Virus record (IMG/VR): IMGVR_UViG_3300038530_002083
Span: 29,582 to 93,581 of that record
Strand: one strand, 5' to 3'
DNA length: 64,000 nt
From: a virus
Lineage: Duplodnaviria > Caudoviricetes
Each line of letters begins with the position of its first letter. Within the stretch, counting starts at the first letter, position 1. Below are positions 10,371 through 21,108 of the stretch, piece by piece. A model generated the notes under the pieces. That model saw only the letters and a list, made by a program, of their open reading frames with translations. It was not told the origin of the DNA and did not search any database. A program made the position numbers and the translations under genes.

Positions 10371-10895
10371 TTAGTTAGTAATTGTTTTGAGATTTTCTGA
10401 GATTGTTTGGATAGCTGCCACTGCTTCGTTAATATTCGATACAGCTTCTTGCTTATTCAAACCAGAAGGAAGAGTTAGATAACTCATATCCTCTACAAAG
10501 AAAGACCAAACCTTAGCATTCTGTCCATCTCCTAGTGTAATATCCGCAGGAGTTTGAACATGACATCGTTTAGCTAGGGCGTATACACCACCACTAGGGT
10601 CTTCGATAGTCATACTAGCTCGATATAAATCACCATTAACATCTTCAGTATTCACAATAGCTGAAAAGATTTGGTTAGAAGGTGAGTTCTGTAGTAGAGT
10701 AATCTCTAGTGTACCTGTACGGTTAGCGGTTCGGGTGATACCTACATCACCTTTAGCGCCTACCACAGTCTCTGTACGAGGCACGTTACGTGTTAATGTG
10801 ATAAATGTTCCGTCTGCAAAACCTTTAATAGGAACTTTACCACCCCAGTTCACGTTAACCTTATCTGGGCTATATTCTCTGATATATTCTGACAT
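10371..10895 (-). CDS. Tail tube protein (DUF3277-like)
   Basis: YSPDKV..GFADGTFI..VGAKG..LLQNSPSN. Confidence 0.85.
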   Translation of the reverse strand: MSEYIREYSPDKVNVNWGGKVPIKGFADGTFITLTRNVPRTETVVGAKGDVGITRTANRTGTLEITLLQNSPSNQIFSAIVNTEDVNGDLYRASMTIEDPSGGVYALAKRCHVQTPADITLGDGQNAKVWSFFVEDMSYLTLPSGLNKQEAVSNINEAVAAIQTISENLKTITN

Positions 10896-10901
10896 CTTTT
10901 A

Positions 10902-12263
10902 TTATCCTAAGTTAAGAGTTAGTGAACCAGTTAGATCTACAAACAAGATACCTTGTGCTAGTTCAGCACTAAACGAAGCACCGTTGTATAGACCTTGTTG
11001 CTTGGCAGATAATGGCATATCACTTGCTTTAACAAAGTCTAGCTCATAATCGGCTCGTATAAAGTTACGAAGTACATAGATATCTAAGACATTACGTACT
11101 GAAGCTTTAATCAGGGCAATACCTTCATCTGTATAAGGGATCTTAGTTCCTTTCTGAGAAAGAAGTAGTGTCAACATTTCCGCGTCTAGATCTACTTGCA
11201 TATTATCACGACCACGTACATTTGAAATCCATTCACCAGAAGGTGTTAGGTTGTTACGTAGTGTAGTACCGTCTGTGGTAATACCTGTAGATACTGCACG
11301 TTCTCCGTAAGAAGTATTACGGTCTTCTAGATAACCTTTCTCTGTTGCAGTAAGCGCTCGACCTGTGTTAGGGTTCTGAGAGATAGATACTGGTAGATTA
11401 ACGTTAGCCCAAGCTACAGAACCTGCATCATGAGGTGCATTAACTGCTACATGAATACATTCTGGGAATACGGTATCTGCATTGTGGTGGAAGTATACTT
11501 TAGTACGGTCTCTTCCAGCATCTTTAATCTTACCTGCTACATCTGTTGCACTACCCGCTGTATAAGGAGTAAGAGCAGCAGCATTTTGTGTAGAAGTGAA
11601 ATACATCTTCAATCGTGCTTCAATATCAGCAGATGCTTCTAGTTGGAAAGTCTCTGTATGGTCATCTGCCAAGAAGAAGTAGTAGTCATCATCTTCATCA
11701 GATAGAGCAGAAATAAGGTCACTTGCTGATTCTGTGGTATTATAAACTTCAGATAATTCATCTGAAAGGTCAGACACCCAGAATTCACTAGAAGCAGAAG
11801 CTACATCAATAGATACAGTATCTGTAGAAGCCGATGCAACTACAAGACCACCAATATCAGCATCACCTTCAATAGCAGCAGCAATAGCAGTAGCTACCGC
11901 ACCTTCATCAGCTTCTCCTGTAATATTAATAGGTAGTGTGTAAGTAACTCCTGCATTAGAAGCGTTAAATACTAAAGATGCTTTAGTTGCTCCTGTTGCT
12001 ACAGTTAAGTCTAAGTCTGCTTCTCTACGTCCCACTTTAACTACAGCAGGGGCAGGATTTAAGGAGAAGAAACCTTGTACAGCTTTATAAGCATTTGAGC
12101 TAGTTGGTAGGTCTTCTGAAGCTGATTGGAGAGAGGTGTAAGCACGTACACGTTCTGGGAAGTATCGATGAGCAGAGGCGAATAGCGGAGTACCAAAGCC
12201 TTGTCTAGTAACATTCGTAGTAGCTAACGAGATGTTAATGTTAGTTAAATTTCTATAAGTCAT
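10902..12263 (-). CDS. Tail sheath protein (DUF3383-like)
   Basis: GFGTPL, KIPYTDEGIALI motifs; precedes tube. Confidence 0.88.
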   Translation of the reverse strand: MTYRNLTNINISLATTNVTRQGFGTPLFASAHRYFPERVRAYTSLQSASEDLPTSSNAYKAVQGFFSLNPAPAVVKVGRREADLDLTVATGATKASLVFNASNAGVTYTLPINITGEADEGAVATAIAAAIEGDADIGGLVVASASTDTVSIDVASASSEFWVSDLSDELSEVYNTTESASDLISALSDEDDDYYFFLADDHTETFQLEASADIEARLKMYFTSTQNAAALTPYTAGSATDVAGKIKDAGRDRTKVYFHHNADTVFPECIHVAVNAPHDAGSVAWANVNLPVSISQNPNTGRALTATEKGYLEDRNTSYGERAVSTGITTDGTTLRNNLTPSGEWISNVRGRDNMQVDLDAEMLTLLLSQKGTKIPYTDEGIALIKASVRNVLDIYVLRNFIRADYELDFVKASDMPLSAKQQGLYNGASFSAELAQGILFVDLTGSLTLNLG

Positions 12264-12271
12264 TATTGTTC

Positions 12272-12865
12272 CTAATCACTATGTTCAAACGTTGTTGTTA
12301 ATGTTAAAGGTTCTTCTTGTTGTTCATAATCCGTATAGAGCTTACCTTCAACTTCGCCAGAAGTGATAGTATAAAACTCAGAATCAGTTATGGTGGATAT
12401 TACCCAGAAGTCTATAGTGATAAATGCGAACTCTTGATAATCAGTAGTTAGCAGTTCGTCAGTATAGGATGGTTCAGATACGCCAGTTAATCCCGCATTA
12501 GGCATATACCTTTCGAGTAATTCTATACCCTTAGCTGTCCTTAATCTCGCCCCTAGCTCATCTGCGGTATCGAGAACGTTATCTCCGTATTTACCGTAGA
12601 ATGCTGCTCTTAGTCGTATCCTGCGATTAAAGTAGCTATTATATGTGTTAGTATCCTCACAGAACGAACTGTAAAGCTCTTTAGAGCCATAATTACCTCT
12701 ACCTATATATGAGGTAGTGCTGTATGGATAAAACGGCTTAGGGGGCTTCTGACGCTCAATATAGACACTAGGTATAGGGTTAGTTCCTTTAGCTACTGCT
12801 AATTTATCTCCCACTAAATCAGATATTAATTTAGACAGACCTTGTAGGTATTCTTGTAGTGTCAT
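12272..12865 (-). CDS. Tail terminator/neck protein
   Basis: Synteny; P.P.YPY motif. Confidence 0.55.
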   Translation of the reverse strand: MTLQEYLQGLSKLISDLVGDKLAVAKGTNPIPSVYIERQKPPKPFYPYSTTSYIGRGNYGSKELYSSFCEDTNTYNSYFNRRIRLRAAFYGKYGDNVLDTADELGARLRTAKGIELLERYMPNAGLTGVSEPSYTDELLTTDYQEFAFITIDFWVISTITDSEFYTITSGEVEGKLYTDYEQQEEPLTLTTTFEHSD

Positions 12866-13230
12866 ACTTGGTCTTTCCTTTTCATTATATATTTATAGTG
12901 GTCTGTAGCTAAACCGTAACCGTTCCAATCCTCTTCTTTGAAAATCTCATACCTAACATTCTTGTAAGAGATTTCATCACCTTCTTCTGTGCCATAGTGG
13001 TCTGCTATGTTAAGAGACGTTCGTGTTCTCAGCACCAACATATCATCAGTACGTACACCATCAGGGAGTATGATCTTTTGTTTAGCAGAGTTTAAAGGTT
13101 GAATATTACAATGTAAGTCTACAGGGTCTTGGAAGTCAGCTTGAACCCATTCATGGTTATTATTGAGATACCCTTCTTCTAGTGAGCGTCTAAATAAAGG
13201 GACTGTATGTGTACTTAGTAAATCAAACAT
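12862..13230 (-). CDS. Head closure protein
   Basis: CNIQP..LPDGVR..GDEI.Y....YEI. Confidence 0.6.
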   Translation of the reverse strand: MFDLLSTHTVPLFRRSLEEGYLNNNHEWVQADFQDPVDLHCNIQPLNSAKQKIILPDGVRTDDMLVLRTRTSLNIADHYGTEEGDEISYKNVRYEIFKEEDWNGYGLATDHYKYIMKRKDQV

Positions 13231-13723
13231 AATTGCTATCCACTATATAATCGCTAATAGAAGTCTTATATGCCCAAGCATCACGTAAGTAACCTTCATC
13301 CACTAAAGGTGCATTAAAACCTTTCTCTGCTATAGTATAAGGAGAGTTAGTAGGCATATCAGGATAACTAACTTTACCGAAGAAAGACTTACCCATAGAA
13401 GACATTATCTCTCCTACTTTATTAAGAGCGTAACTGTCACTGTAATCTCCTAACAAATGCTTACGTACTTCTATACCTGCCTTCTCTACGAAAGACCTGT
13501 CTTTCATTTTATTAAGAAGTATGTTACGTACAGTACGAGGGGGAAAATCTCCATCCCCTTCTTCATGCATTCTTGCTAAGTCTACATAGGTCATGTTAGC
13601 GTTAGGGTGTTCACCTTGTTCGATAAATACCCCTGTTTCAACCTTCTCTTTTGCTAACCTTTCCATCTTTTCAACTAGCTTTTCTAGGTTTCGGGTCTCT
13701 CTTGTAATACTGATGCTAAACAT
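13223..13723 (-). CDS. Neck / tail completion protein
   Basis: LARMHEEG..PPR..NSPYTIAEKGFNAPLVDEG.L. Confidence 0.65.
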   Translation of the reverse strand: MFSISITRETRNLEKLVEKMERLAKEKVETGVFIEQGEHPNANMTYVDLARMHEEGDGDFPPRTVRNILLNKMKDRSFVEKAGIEVRKHLLGDYSDSYALNKVGEIMSSMGKSFFGKVSYPDMPTNSPYTIAEKGFNAPLVDEGYLRDAWAYKTSISDYIVDSNYV

Positions 13724-14150
13724 TCCATAGTTTCCTCTCTTCTACTAATTTACGTTGGTATTGTAAATCATTCCATTGGTCTTGGAAGATAGGAAGAAAT
13801 GTATCAACATCATTCGCTACAGCATTCTTCTCTGACAATCTAGTACCCCCGATTATGATAGGTACTTGTTTAACGGAAGCTGTCTCGTTTTTAAATTCTG
13901 TTAATCGTGCTTTGAATCTTTCATAAAGCTTGGTATACTTGTATTCTACTTCATCTGTCTTGCTCTCGTCTGCTTGTACGGAAAAATGACTTAGCATAGT
14001 CTCCATAATCAAAACAGAGGCTTTATTAATATCACCGTCATACTTGACTAATGCAGATGTTATAGTATTATCACTTACGAAACGTGTGTTAGGATCACCA
14101 ATGTTGCTACGAACAACGCTAGTCGGATCTGAGTAATTAATATCTATCAT
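13716..14150 (-). CDS. Head-tail adaptor
   Basis: VR..IGD motif after major capsid gene. Confidence 0.6.
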   Translation of the reverse strand: MIDINYSDPTSVVRSNIGDPNTRFVSDNTITSALVKYDGDINKASVLIMETMLSHFSVQADESKTDEVEYKYTKLYERFKARLTEFKNETASVKQVPIIIGGTRLSEKNAVANDVDTFLPIFQDQWNDLQYQRKLVEERKLWNV

Positions 14151-14160
14151 GGCTTTCCTT

Positions 14161-14190
14161 AAACAACAATAGAAGGGGCAAAGCCCCTTC
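14161..14190 (-). terminator. Terminator after major capsid gene
   Basis: GAAGGGGC-TTT-GCCCCTTC then U-rich tail. Confidence 0.75.
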
Positions 14191-14208
14191 CTTTAAATAA
14201 CGGTACTA

Positions 14209-15294
14209 TTAAGCAACCGTCATTGTGACTTTCACAATGCTATTCGGGTTATGCAAGTACAAGCCTTGGTTAGATTCCCAGAACAGTTTAACACCAGAGA
14301 ACTCATCACGGAATTCCCAAGCATATTGTGATTGTGCGGTAGTGTTAGCATACTGCATAGTTTCAGCAGGAGCATACGCACGAGTGAACAAACCAGAAGC
14401 ATTGATAGGCATTACATAACCTTCATCTTCTGCAATTAGAGGAACACCACCTACACGAGCAGTATACTCTACGTAAAGGATGTCATCAGCACCACGGTAC
14501 TTACGGTACATAGAGCCATTAGTGTAGTTATCAAGACGCTTGATTAGAGGGTCTTGACCTAGGATACCTGAACGATCTACCATCGCTTGTTCTTCTTTAG
14601 GGTGCTTAATACGCTGCTTGAAGAACTCTTTACCACATAGACAGATGAAACCATCTACAGTCTGACCATCTAGAAGATTGTCTGCAATAAAGTTACGAAT
14701 TTCTTCACCGACTTCACGAGGGTAAGCGTTAGGATCACCAAAGTTGAAATCAAATGTAGGACGGTTAGCTGCATCATTAGATGTATACTCGTCGTAGAAA
14801 TCGTAAGACTGTACAGAACCGTTTGGAACGTAAAGTTTACCAGTAGTGATTGTTGATACAATCTGACGTTCTTCGAAAAGTGACCAAGATTTAGCGATAT
14901 CTGCTAGGTCTTTAGCTACGATACGATCAATAGTCTCCATCTCATCTTTAGTACCTTCTACGCGTCTACGTAGGATATCTGAAGGTTTGATGTGAGTTTG
15001 GATACCAAAGCTAGGAACTTTGAATAGGTGAGTTTTAGTCTCGCCTCGTTGGTCAAATGCATCACCACGTTCACTGTAAGACTTATCGTTGATATCTGCT
15101 ACGAAGCGTTCAGTTGCATCATGCTCAAAGGTGTTAGTTGAAAGGAACTCTGATTGGATAGAGCTACCGATTAGGTCACTCATAAGAGTAGGGATATTAG
15201 GCGATTTGCTGATCATCGGTGTAAGGTCGTGTACCTTGTTGATGTCACCCATATCACGTACTGCTTTAGTGATCTCAAAACCGTTAATTTTCAT
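14209..15294 (-). CDS. Major capsid protein (lambda E-like family)
   Basis: 361 aa; LCGKEFF...HP, F.RAYAPAE....NT, ESN motifs; high-expression codon bias. Confidence 0.9.
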   Translation of the reverse strand: MKINGFEITKAVRDMGDINKVHDLTPMISKSPNIPTLMSDLIGSSIQSEFLSTNTFEHDATERFVADINDKSYSERGDAFDQRGETKTHLFKVPSFGIQTHIKPSDILRRRVEGTKDEMETIDRIVAKDLADIAKSWSLFEERQIVSTITTGKLYVPNGSVQSYDFYDEYTSNDAANRPTFDFNFGDPNAYPREVGEEIRNFIADNLLDGQTVDGFICLCGKEFFKQRIKHPKEEQAMVDRSGILGQDPLIKRLDNYTNGSMYRKYRGADDILYVEYTARVGGVPLIAEDEGYVMPINASGLFTRAYAPAETMQYANTTAQSQYAWEFRDEFSGVKLFWESNQGLYLHNPNSIVKVTMTVA

Positions 15295-15321
15295 TATTTA
15301 TATTCTCCGTTAAAATTATTA

Positions 15322-15783
15322 TTATGCTGAAGCGCTGTAGAAAGAAGTTTCTAGTCGTTCAGTGGTAGCTTTAAGTTTAATACCTTGTTTACCAAGTTGA
15401 GCCTTAGCTGCATCTGTTTCTGTAGCATCAAGTGTACCAAAGTCTAGACCTACTTCTTTAACATTAGCTGCACCTTGGTATAGTACAACTACGTTACCAG
15501 TGGTCATATTCTTAGTATATGTATCACCTAGTGATTCAAAACCAACAACAATACCCAAACCGTAACCTAGAGGGCTAGTACCATCAAGAGTTGCTAGATT
15601 AGTAGCTTTCTCCCAGTGGTCAGTATCCCATACAACTACATCACCTAGTTTAACATCGGTAGCCGCAGCTTCTGTAAGAGTTTGGCGATGAGCAAAGTTA
15701 AAATCTAGAACTAAGCCAGCCATATCATCCATCAACACACCAGAAAGAACTTGTGCATCATTTTTAGTTGCAATAACAGTCAT
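15322..15783 (-). CDS. Head decoration protein
   Basis: Between scaffold and capsid; L.KQGIK C-terminus. Confidence 0.65.
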   Translation of the reverse strand: MTVIATKNDAQVLSGVLMDDMAGLVLDFNFAHRQTLTEAAATDVKLGDVVVWDTDHWEKATNLATLDGTSPLGYGLGIVVGFESLGDTYTKNMTTGNVVVLYQGAANVKEVGLDFGTLDATETDAAKAQLGKQGIKLKATTERLETSFYSASA

Positions 15784-15813
15784 TATTTATTTTCCTATTA
15801 GTTATTGTTAAAA

Positions 15814-16710
15814 TTATTCTTTAATACCAAGTGCTTCGTTATAAGCCTTTTGGATACTATCAGTACGGGTTTGTTTTTCGTCTTTAACTTCTGGTTCACC
15901 TTCAGCAGACTTCTCTACGAATAGGTCAGACTCTTCTACTTTCTTAGCTGAATCTTTCAGAGTTTGAACCATTAGGTCTGCCGACTCTTGATCCATAGCT
16001 AGAAGTGATTTAGTCATTGCCTCAATCTTATCTTCAGCTACTAAGCCTTCAATACGAGCTTTCATTGCTTGGGCTTCTGCGTCAGCTTGTGCTTTCTTAA
16101 GTGTGTCTAGTTCACCAGTAAGTTCTTGTACTTGGGCTTCTAGAGACTTACGTAGTTCAACTTCAGTAGTAAGCTTAGTTTCATTTGCTTCCAATTCAGC
16201 GAAGCGAGATTTTTCAATAGATACTTTATCCATCATTTCCTCATGTTTTTCTAAATTTTCTTGTAATTCAAGAATAGTTACATACTCTAATGCGGAGACT
16301 TGTGGACGTTCTCCTTCGTGCATCGATTTCATAATCTCAAAACTTGACAGCTTACTAGCAATGTAATCTGCGTGAGTCATTGGTTCTGAGGGTTCTTCTA
16401 GAGAATTCAAATAAGCTTCATGCTCAGTTTCATACCCTAGCATTGCGGTAAGCAATTCTGCATCGTCATAGTACATATCGAAGAATTTACGTAAGAATTC
16501 CTCCATAGATAGTGTGACTCTAATTTGTTCTAATTTCTTTTGAATGTCTAAGTTCTCTACTTCAGGTAGTTGTACTGTAGCGTTAGACTTCTTGATAAGA
16601 GTTGTAAAGCCATTAGCAGCCCCGCCTTGTTTCTTAGAGACTAGATGAACACTAGCTCCCTCTTCTTCAAAGTTAAAGTCTGTAATAACTCTCTTTGCTT
16701 TCTTAGTCAT
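15814..16710 (-). CDS. Head scaffolding protein
   Basis: VHLV...QGGAANG N-terminus, acidic coiled coil. Confidence 0.65.
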   Translation of the reverse strand: MTKKAKRVITDFNFEEEGASVHLVSKKQGGAANGFTTLIKKSNATVQLPEVENLDIQKKLEQIRVTLSMEEFLRKFFDMYYDDAELLTAMLGYETEHEAYLNSLEEPSEPMTHADYIASKLSSFEIMKSMHEGERPQVSALEYVTILELQENLEKHEEMMDKVSIEKSRFAELEANETKLTTEVELRKSLEAQVQELTGELDTLKKAQADAEAQAMKARIEGLVAEDKIEAMTKSLLAMDQESADLMVQTLKDSAKKVEESDLFVEKSAEGEPEVKDEKQTRTDSIQKAYNEALGIKE

Positions 16711-17206
16711 TTACATTGTATCCTCTTCCTGCACATTCGACACTGACACCTGTAAATTCTCCTGACAATACATCAGGCCATATAGTGTCATCTTCTTCAT
16801 TACTAGGTTCAGGAAAATGCATCCACATTAACCATGTACCTTTCTTGATTGTTACTCCACTTTCAGTTTTGAATGTACTAGGGTTGATAAAAGACTGTTC
16901 GATCTCTACTAAATCACTATCAACAGTGTATTCGTGGTAAAGACCTGCTTTGTCAGAGTGCTTGTTAAAGTTATTACAAGCTTTCTCTACTGTAATTTCG
17001 TCATAGTAGTCCCCATGGAGGTCAGATACATCGTCTAGGCTATCTTGAGGCTCTAATACAACAAATAGTGCCCTACGCTCCATCTCTTTTACAGACTTAA
17101 ATAGAGGTTCTTCTGACTCTACGTGTTGTTCGTGGTTGTCTTTAGAGCCTCCTGAATGGGTATCAAGGAACTCTTTAAATTTCTCTAATAATGTTTTACT
17201 ATCCAT
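16703..17206 (-). CDS. Prohead protease (XkdF-like)
   Basis: DLHGD..H..GTW..W..V.SGEFTGVSVE. Confidence 0.75.
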   Translation of the reverse strand: MDSKTLLEKFKEFLDTHSGGSKDNHEQHVESEEPLFKSVKEMERRALFVVLEPQDSLDDVSDLHGDYYDEITVEKACNNFNKHSDKAGLYHEYTVDSDLVEIEQSFINPSTFKTESGVTIKKGTWLMWMHFPEPSNEEDDTIWPDVLSGEFTGVSVECAGRGYNVND

Positions 17207-18735
17207 TATGCTGCATTCTCATTATTCCCGTCTGAACTTGCTCCACCAGACTGTGTATTACCTGTGCCAGATGTACCTTGTCCTTCACCAGCACCGCTAG
17301 TATCTTCAGTAAGTAGTTCTAAGAACTCTTCATCGGATAGTTCCTCTAGCATCGATATATCCCAACCCATACTTTCGTAAATAGGTAACAAGAACTTCTT
17401 AGTCTTAGGAAGTAATCCAACAGAACCGATACGTTGTATAGTCTTACTGATAGTTTCTAAATCAGGCTCGTCTAAGTCACCATATTCAAGTACAGGCATT
17501 TCTTCTTGGGTCAAAGATAAATCATTAATCTCTGCTAACTGCTTGAATAAATCATTTTCTAAGACAGATTTGATAAAGATTAAATGACGCTCCATATAAT
17601 GTGCATGGAGAGACTGTTTACCTGTAGCAAGTGCATAAGAACCAACACCGTCATTACCTAAGTTAAGGAATCCTGCGCCTAGGCTATCTAGTATCTGTTT
17701 CTTACGTTCTTGTATAAGCTCAGTGGTCTTGTAAGACTTACTACCACCCTCTACACCTTGTAGTGTTACATCGTAAGCGCGATGTCCTGAACCACTACCA
17801 TCAATGGTATCACTACCTAGTAGCATGTAGGTTTGATCACCTGCATGTACAGAAGCTGCACTTTGTTGCAATCTTGCTAGAGAAGCTGCTTCAGGAGAAC
17901 TAGAGTCTTCTGCTGCTTTATTAATAATATCTGTAGGAACTCGTAGTACAAGCACCCCTGCTAAGTCTTTGGATACCCCTGTAACCTCGTAGCTTGCAAT
18001 TAGACTTAGTTCTTTATAAGCCCTGTAACAGCCATTGAGAGGAGATACCCCTTGAGGGTTGTGGTTTTTATTATCCCAAGAGAATAACAAAAACTTGTTA
18101 CGAGGGAGCTTAATAGGGCTAGTTCCGTAGTTATTAGACCTTACATAATTTTGATAAGGATTAGCTAGGATTGACTGAGGCCATTGCTCTAAACCTTTAA
18201 GCTCTCTAGCATCTTCACCTAGTAACCAACCCTTGATACTCTTCTGAGAGCGAGGAGCTAATTTCTTAATCTTGTATTTGTAGGGGTAAGAATCACTAGT
18301 ATTCTTCTCATACACTTTCTCTAACCAAGAGAAGCCGTATTGTTGGTAGGTGATCATCGCAGTTACGACATCATACCAAGTTTGCCCTACTAGATTTTTT
18401 AAGTTCCAGTTTAAAGCTTTTGCATACTCTACAGACTTAGCGCTGTTAGGGTCTCCCGCCTTGACAGTAATGTTCATCAAAGCTTTAGTAAGGAAAACTT
18501 CATTAACAGTTAACCCTGCTGCTATTGTAGCATTCTGTCTCATCTCATCATATGTTTGTAAGCATCTAGGAAACTGTAGCTCCCTACGAGCTTCTTCTGT
18601 AATGATACCTCCGATAGCTTTAATATACGGAGTACCTACTTCACCTAACCTAAGTCTTTTTGATTCAGAATTAGGATTAGATTCAGCTTTTTTAATCTCT
18701 TTTATTTCGTCTGACATAATATCCTTAAATTCCAA
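17206..18735 (-). CDS. Portal protein
   Basis: 509 aa after terL; YGFS..EKVY, NPQGVSPL, GSYAL motifs (DUF935-like). Confidence 0.88.
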   Translation of the reverse strand: MEFKDIMSDEIKEIKKAESNPNSESKRLRLGEVGTPYIKAIGGIITEEARRELQFPRCLQTYDEMRQNATIAAGLTVNEVFLTKALMNITVKAGDPNSAKSVEYAKALNWNLKNLVGQTWYDVVTAMITYQQYGFSWLEKVYEKNTSDSYPYKYKIKKLAPRSQKSIKGWLLGEDARELKGLEQWPQSILANPYQNYVRSNNYGTSPIKLPRNKFLLFSWDNKNHNPQGVSPLNGCYRAYKELSLIASYEVTGVSKDLAGVLVLRVPTDIINKAAEDSSSPEAASLARLQQSAASVHAGDQTYMLLGSDTIDGSGSGHRAYDVTLQGVEGGSKSYKTTELIQERKKQILDSLGAGFLNLGNDGVGSYALATGKQSLHAHYMERHLIFIKSVLENDLFKQLAEINDLSLTQEEMPVLEYGDLDEPDLETISKTIQRIGSVGLLPKTKKFLLPIYESMGWDISMLEELSDEEFLELLTEDTSGAGEGQGTSGTGNTQSGGASSDGNNENAA

Positions 18736-21106
18736 GTTGACTCTTCAGAGTAGGTGAACTAATATCAGGTAACATTTGGACAGTAACTGCATTACGTGTA
18801 TTAAGGTAATTGAACCCAGTAGCGCAAGCGTCCATTGCATCGTCTTTATAAGAGGATGTAGATTTTTCTTCGGGATTAAAGACTTCTAGCTGTGACATTA
18901 ACCAATCATAAGTAGCAGGAGTGAATGAATCCCTGACAATGTAGACAAAACCATGTTCACATGCTGTTAAGAAGGGTTCAGCTTTCTCCCCCTTGCGAGA
19001 TGTATGTCCAGCGGGGTCTTTCTTAACCTTGTACCCATGTGATAGGAAGAACTTCACTTTATTCTGAAAAGATTCTTTACCTGCTGCCCCTGCATCTTGT
19101 GGTATAACTAATTCACAGTCTTTACCATCATGCATAGCTTGAGTCAGTATTATCTGATCACGTTGTCCTGAGTTCTTTCGAAAACAACCATGTATATCGC
19201 TATCATCGTCCCTAAACTCTCTAACGTAAGAGCCATACAAATAGAAGTTACCTGCTGAGTCTTTCGCTACACCTATACCTACAGTGAAGTCAGGGTAAGT
19301 TGTAGGTGTTTTTTCAGAAGCTGCTAAATCGTAAGACCTAACTCTAACGCACTTAAGAGGTAGAGATTGTACTGGCTTTAACCAATCTCGTTTAAAGTAA
19401 AGACCTGTGTTACCTGTATCTAACCAACAACCAAGTAATAGTTGTTTACGTTTAATATCAGGAAGTGAGTTTAGTTTGGTCTTGTACTTTGGGTCTAACT
19501 CTAATAACTTTTTGTTATCATCTAGAGTAGCAGGAATATAAGTATAACTCTGAGGTGTTGCTTCAGGGAAAGCTTCTATTAGGTCTTTCTTATTCCAAGA
19601 TGTGTACAACCTATCATTGTCAATAGTATAGTACGCTGTCCTTCCTGAAAGCTTCTTAATTGGATAACCTTCTTCATCTAAGAAGCGTTTAACAAAGTCA
19701 TACACCCAATGGTTTCTGTCAGGGTTAAGTGTGGCTCTAAAACCTTTTACTACCTGTGCCCTTGAACGGTTACGAGATAACAATGTATTGAACTGATACC
19801 ACGACCTGAACTGACACTCTTCAAAGTATATCTTCGCGTATTCTTGCCCGTAATGATCGTCTGCGTGAGCATCCCTTTCTAGATAACCGAAGAAGGTAAC
19901 TGCACCACTAGGAAAAGTGATAGCGTGGTCTTTCTCGTTTATCTTAGCTGCACCTAACATCTTACCATTACGTTTACCGTTATCAGTAAGAAGAGGCATA
20001 TAAAGCTTTTTAGCTTCTAACCACAGACCTTTATTAATTTCAGTTGTTGTACTACGGAAGAATATAGATACATAATCAGGGTCATGTATGCCTTGAAGAT
20101 TATCTATTAAAGCGGAGAATGTTTTACCACCCGAAGCGATTAAATATAAAAGTAATTAGGGTAATTTTCTGATTTTAATCTATAAACTAAACCTTGTCGA
20201 GATACATCTAACATCCTAGCAGCCTCTCTTACACCTGAATACTCGACTCCTTCAACACTAACCGGCTTTCTATTCTGTTTTTGTATCATCAAGTCTTTTT
20301 TGTTAGGGTCATTCATAGGGTTATTATCTGTGGAGAAATGAGTAGGATGGTTATCATGTGCTTTTTTGGAAGCAAATTTACCTAATCTACCGAATTCTCC
20401 TCCTAATCTCTGATTATAATGAGATTCAGAAGATGCTTCTATTTCAGTTACTAATTGATTTTCTCTTTTGTACGCACTCTCATAAGAGTCGAAAACCTCA
20501 AAAGAAAATGTAAAATTAGTAATATCTTTTTTCAAGTCGTTTCCGAAAGGCGTATCAGATTTAGTGTGTTCCACTATACGTCTTGAAAAATTATTAGTAA
20601 CACCTATATAGGTTTTTTGGTTTATATTATTTACTGCTTTATAGACTAAAATCATTATTACCTCAGTTTACTTACTGGTTTATATTTAATCGCTCCTGAC
20701 TATATCTTCACCTTCATCATTACATGCTAAGGGTTAGGCTTTTCCACGCAATAAACGTGTACTCCCTCTAAGGGATAGTCGATGAACCTTGATCATATCT
20801 TTACAAGACTTAGACCCTTGGCTGCTGATTGTACGAATTAAAAGAGTTATTGTCAAGCATTCATACTCTCTTTTCAGGAATATTGTAGCTAACTCTTTTC
20901 CGTGCTTTCCAGCAATTAACCTAATCTTTTTACTAAAGGATTTCTCCTAAAGTGGGCAATTATAAGACTCTATACTTACCCGCACCACCACCAAAGAATA
21001 CTAAGTCTTGTGTCGCTGCACAGAAATTATCTTGGTGGGGCTGAAGTTCTATTTTACTCTGAAAGTCAATAAAGGATTTCTCTATAGTTAAAGCTAAATC
21101 ATCCAT
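18725..21106 (-). CDS. terL: Terminase large subunit, spliced (exon 1 21106-20978, exon 2 20131-18725; ~511 aa)
   Basis: Joining exons restores Walker A VFFGGGAG|GGKTFS; Walker B-like IYFEE, ATLNP, YDLA and DDAMDA nuclease motifs; exon 2 is in frame with the 424-aa ORF. Confidence 0.9.
20132..20977 (-). mobile_element. Group I intron in terL (846 nt)
   Basis: Exon ends in U and intron in G; P1 GGGU/AA..UUGCCC with U.G pair; core motifs AAUUGCUGGAAA, AAUCAGCAGCCAAG, GGUUCAUCGACUA, GAAGAUAUAGUC (P7 GACUA/UAGUC). Confidence 0.92.
20140..20655 (-). CDS. Intron-encoded GIY-YIG homing endonuclease
   Basis: LVY..N.IN.KTYIG.T....R..EH; C-terminal NUMOD1-like YSGVREAARML. Confidence 0.85.
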   Translation of the reverse strand: MILVYKAVNNINQKTYIGVTNNFSRRIVEHTKSDTPFGNDLKKDITNFTFSFEVFDSYESAYKRENQLVTEIEASSESHYNQRLGGEFGRLGKFASKKAHDNHPTHFSTDNNPMNDPNKKDLMIQKQNRKPVSVEGVEYSGVREAARMLDVSRQGLVYRLKSENYPNYFYI

Positions 21107-21108
21107 AA

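Noticed and set aside
18725-19999. TerL as a stand-alone 424-aa ORF
   Set aside because: Lacks Walker A; explained by the upstream exon and intron
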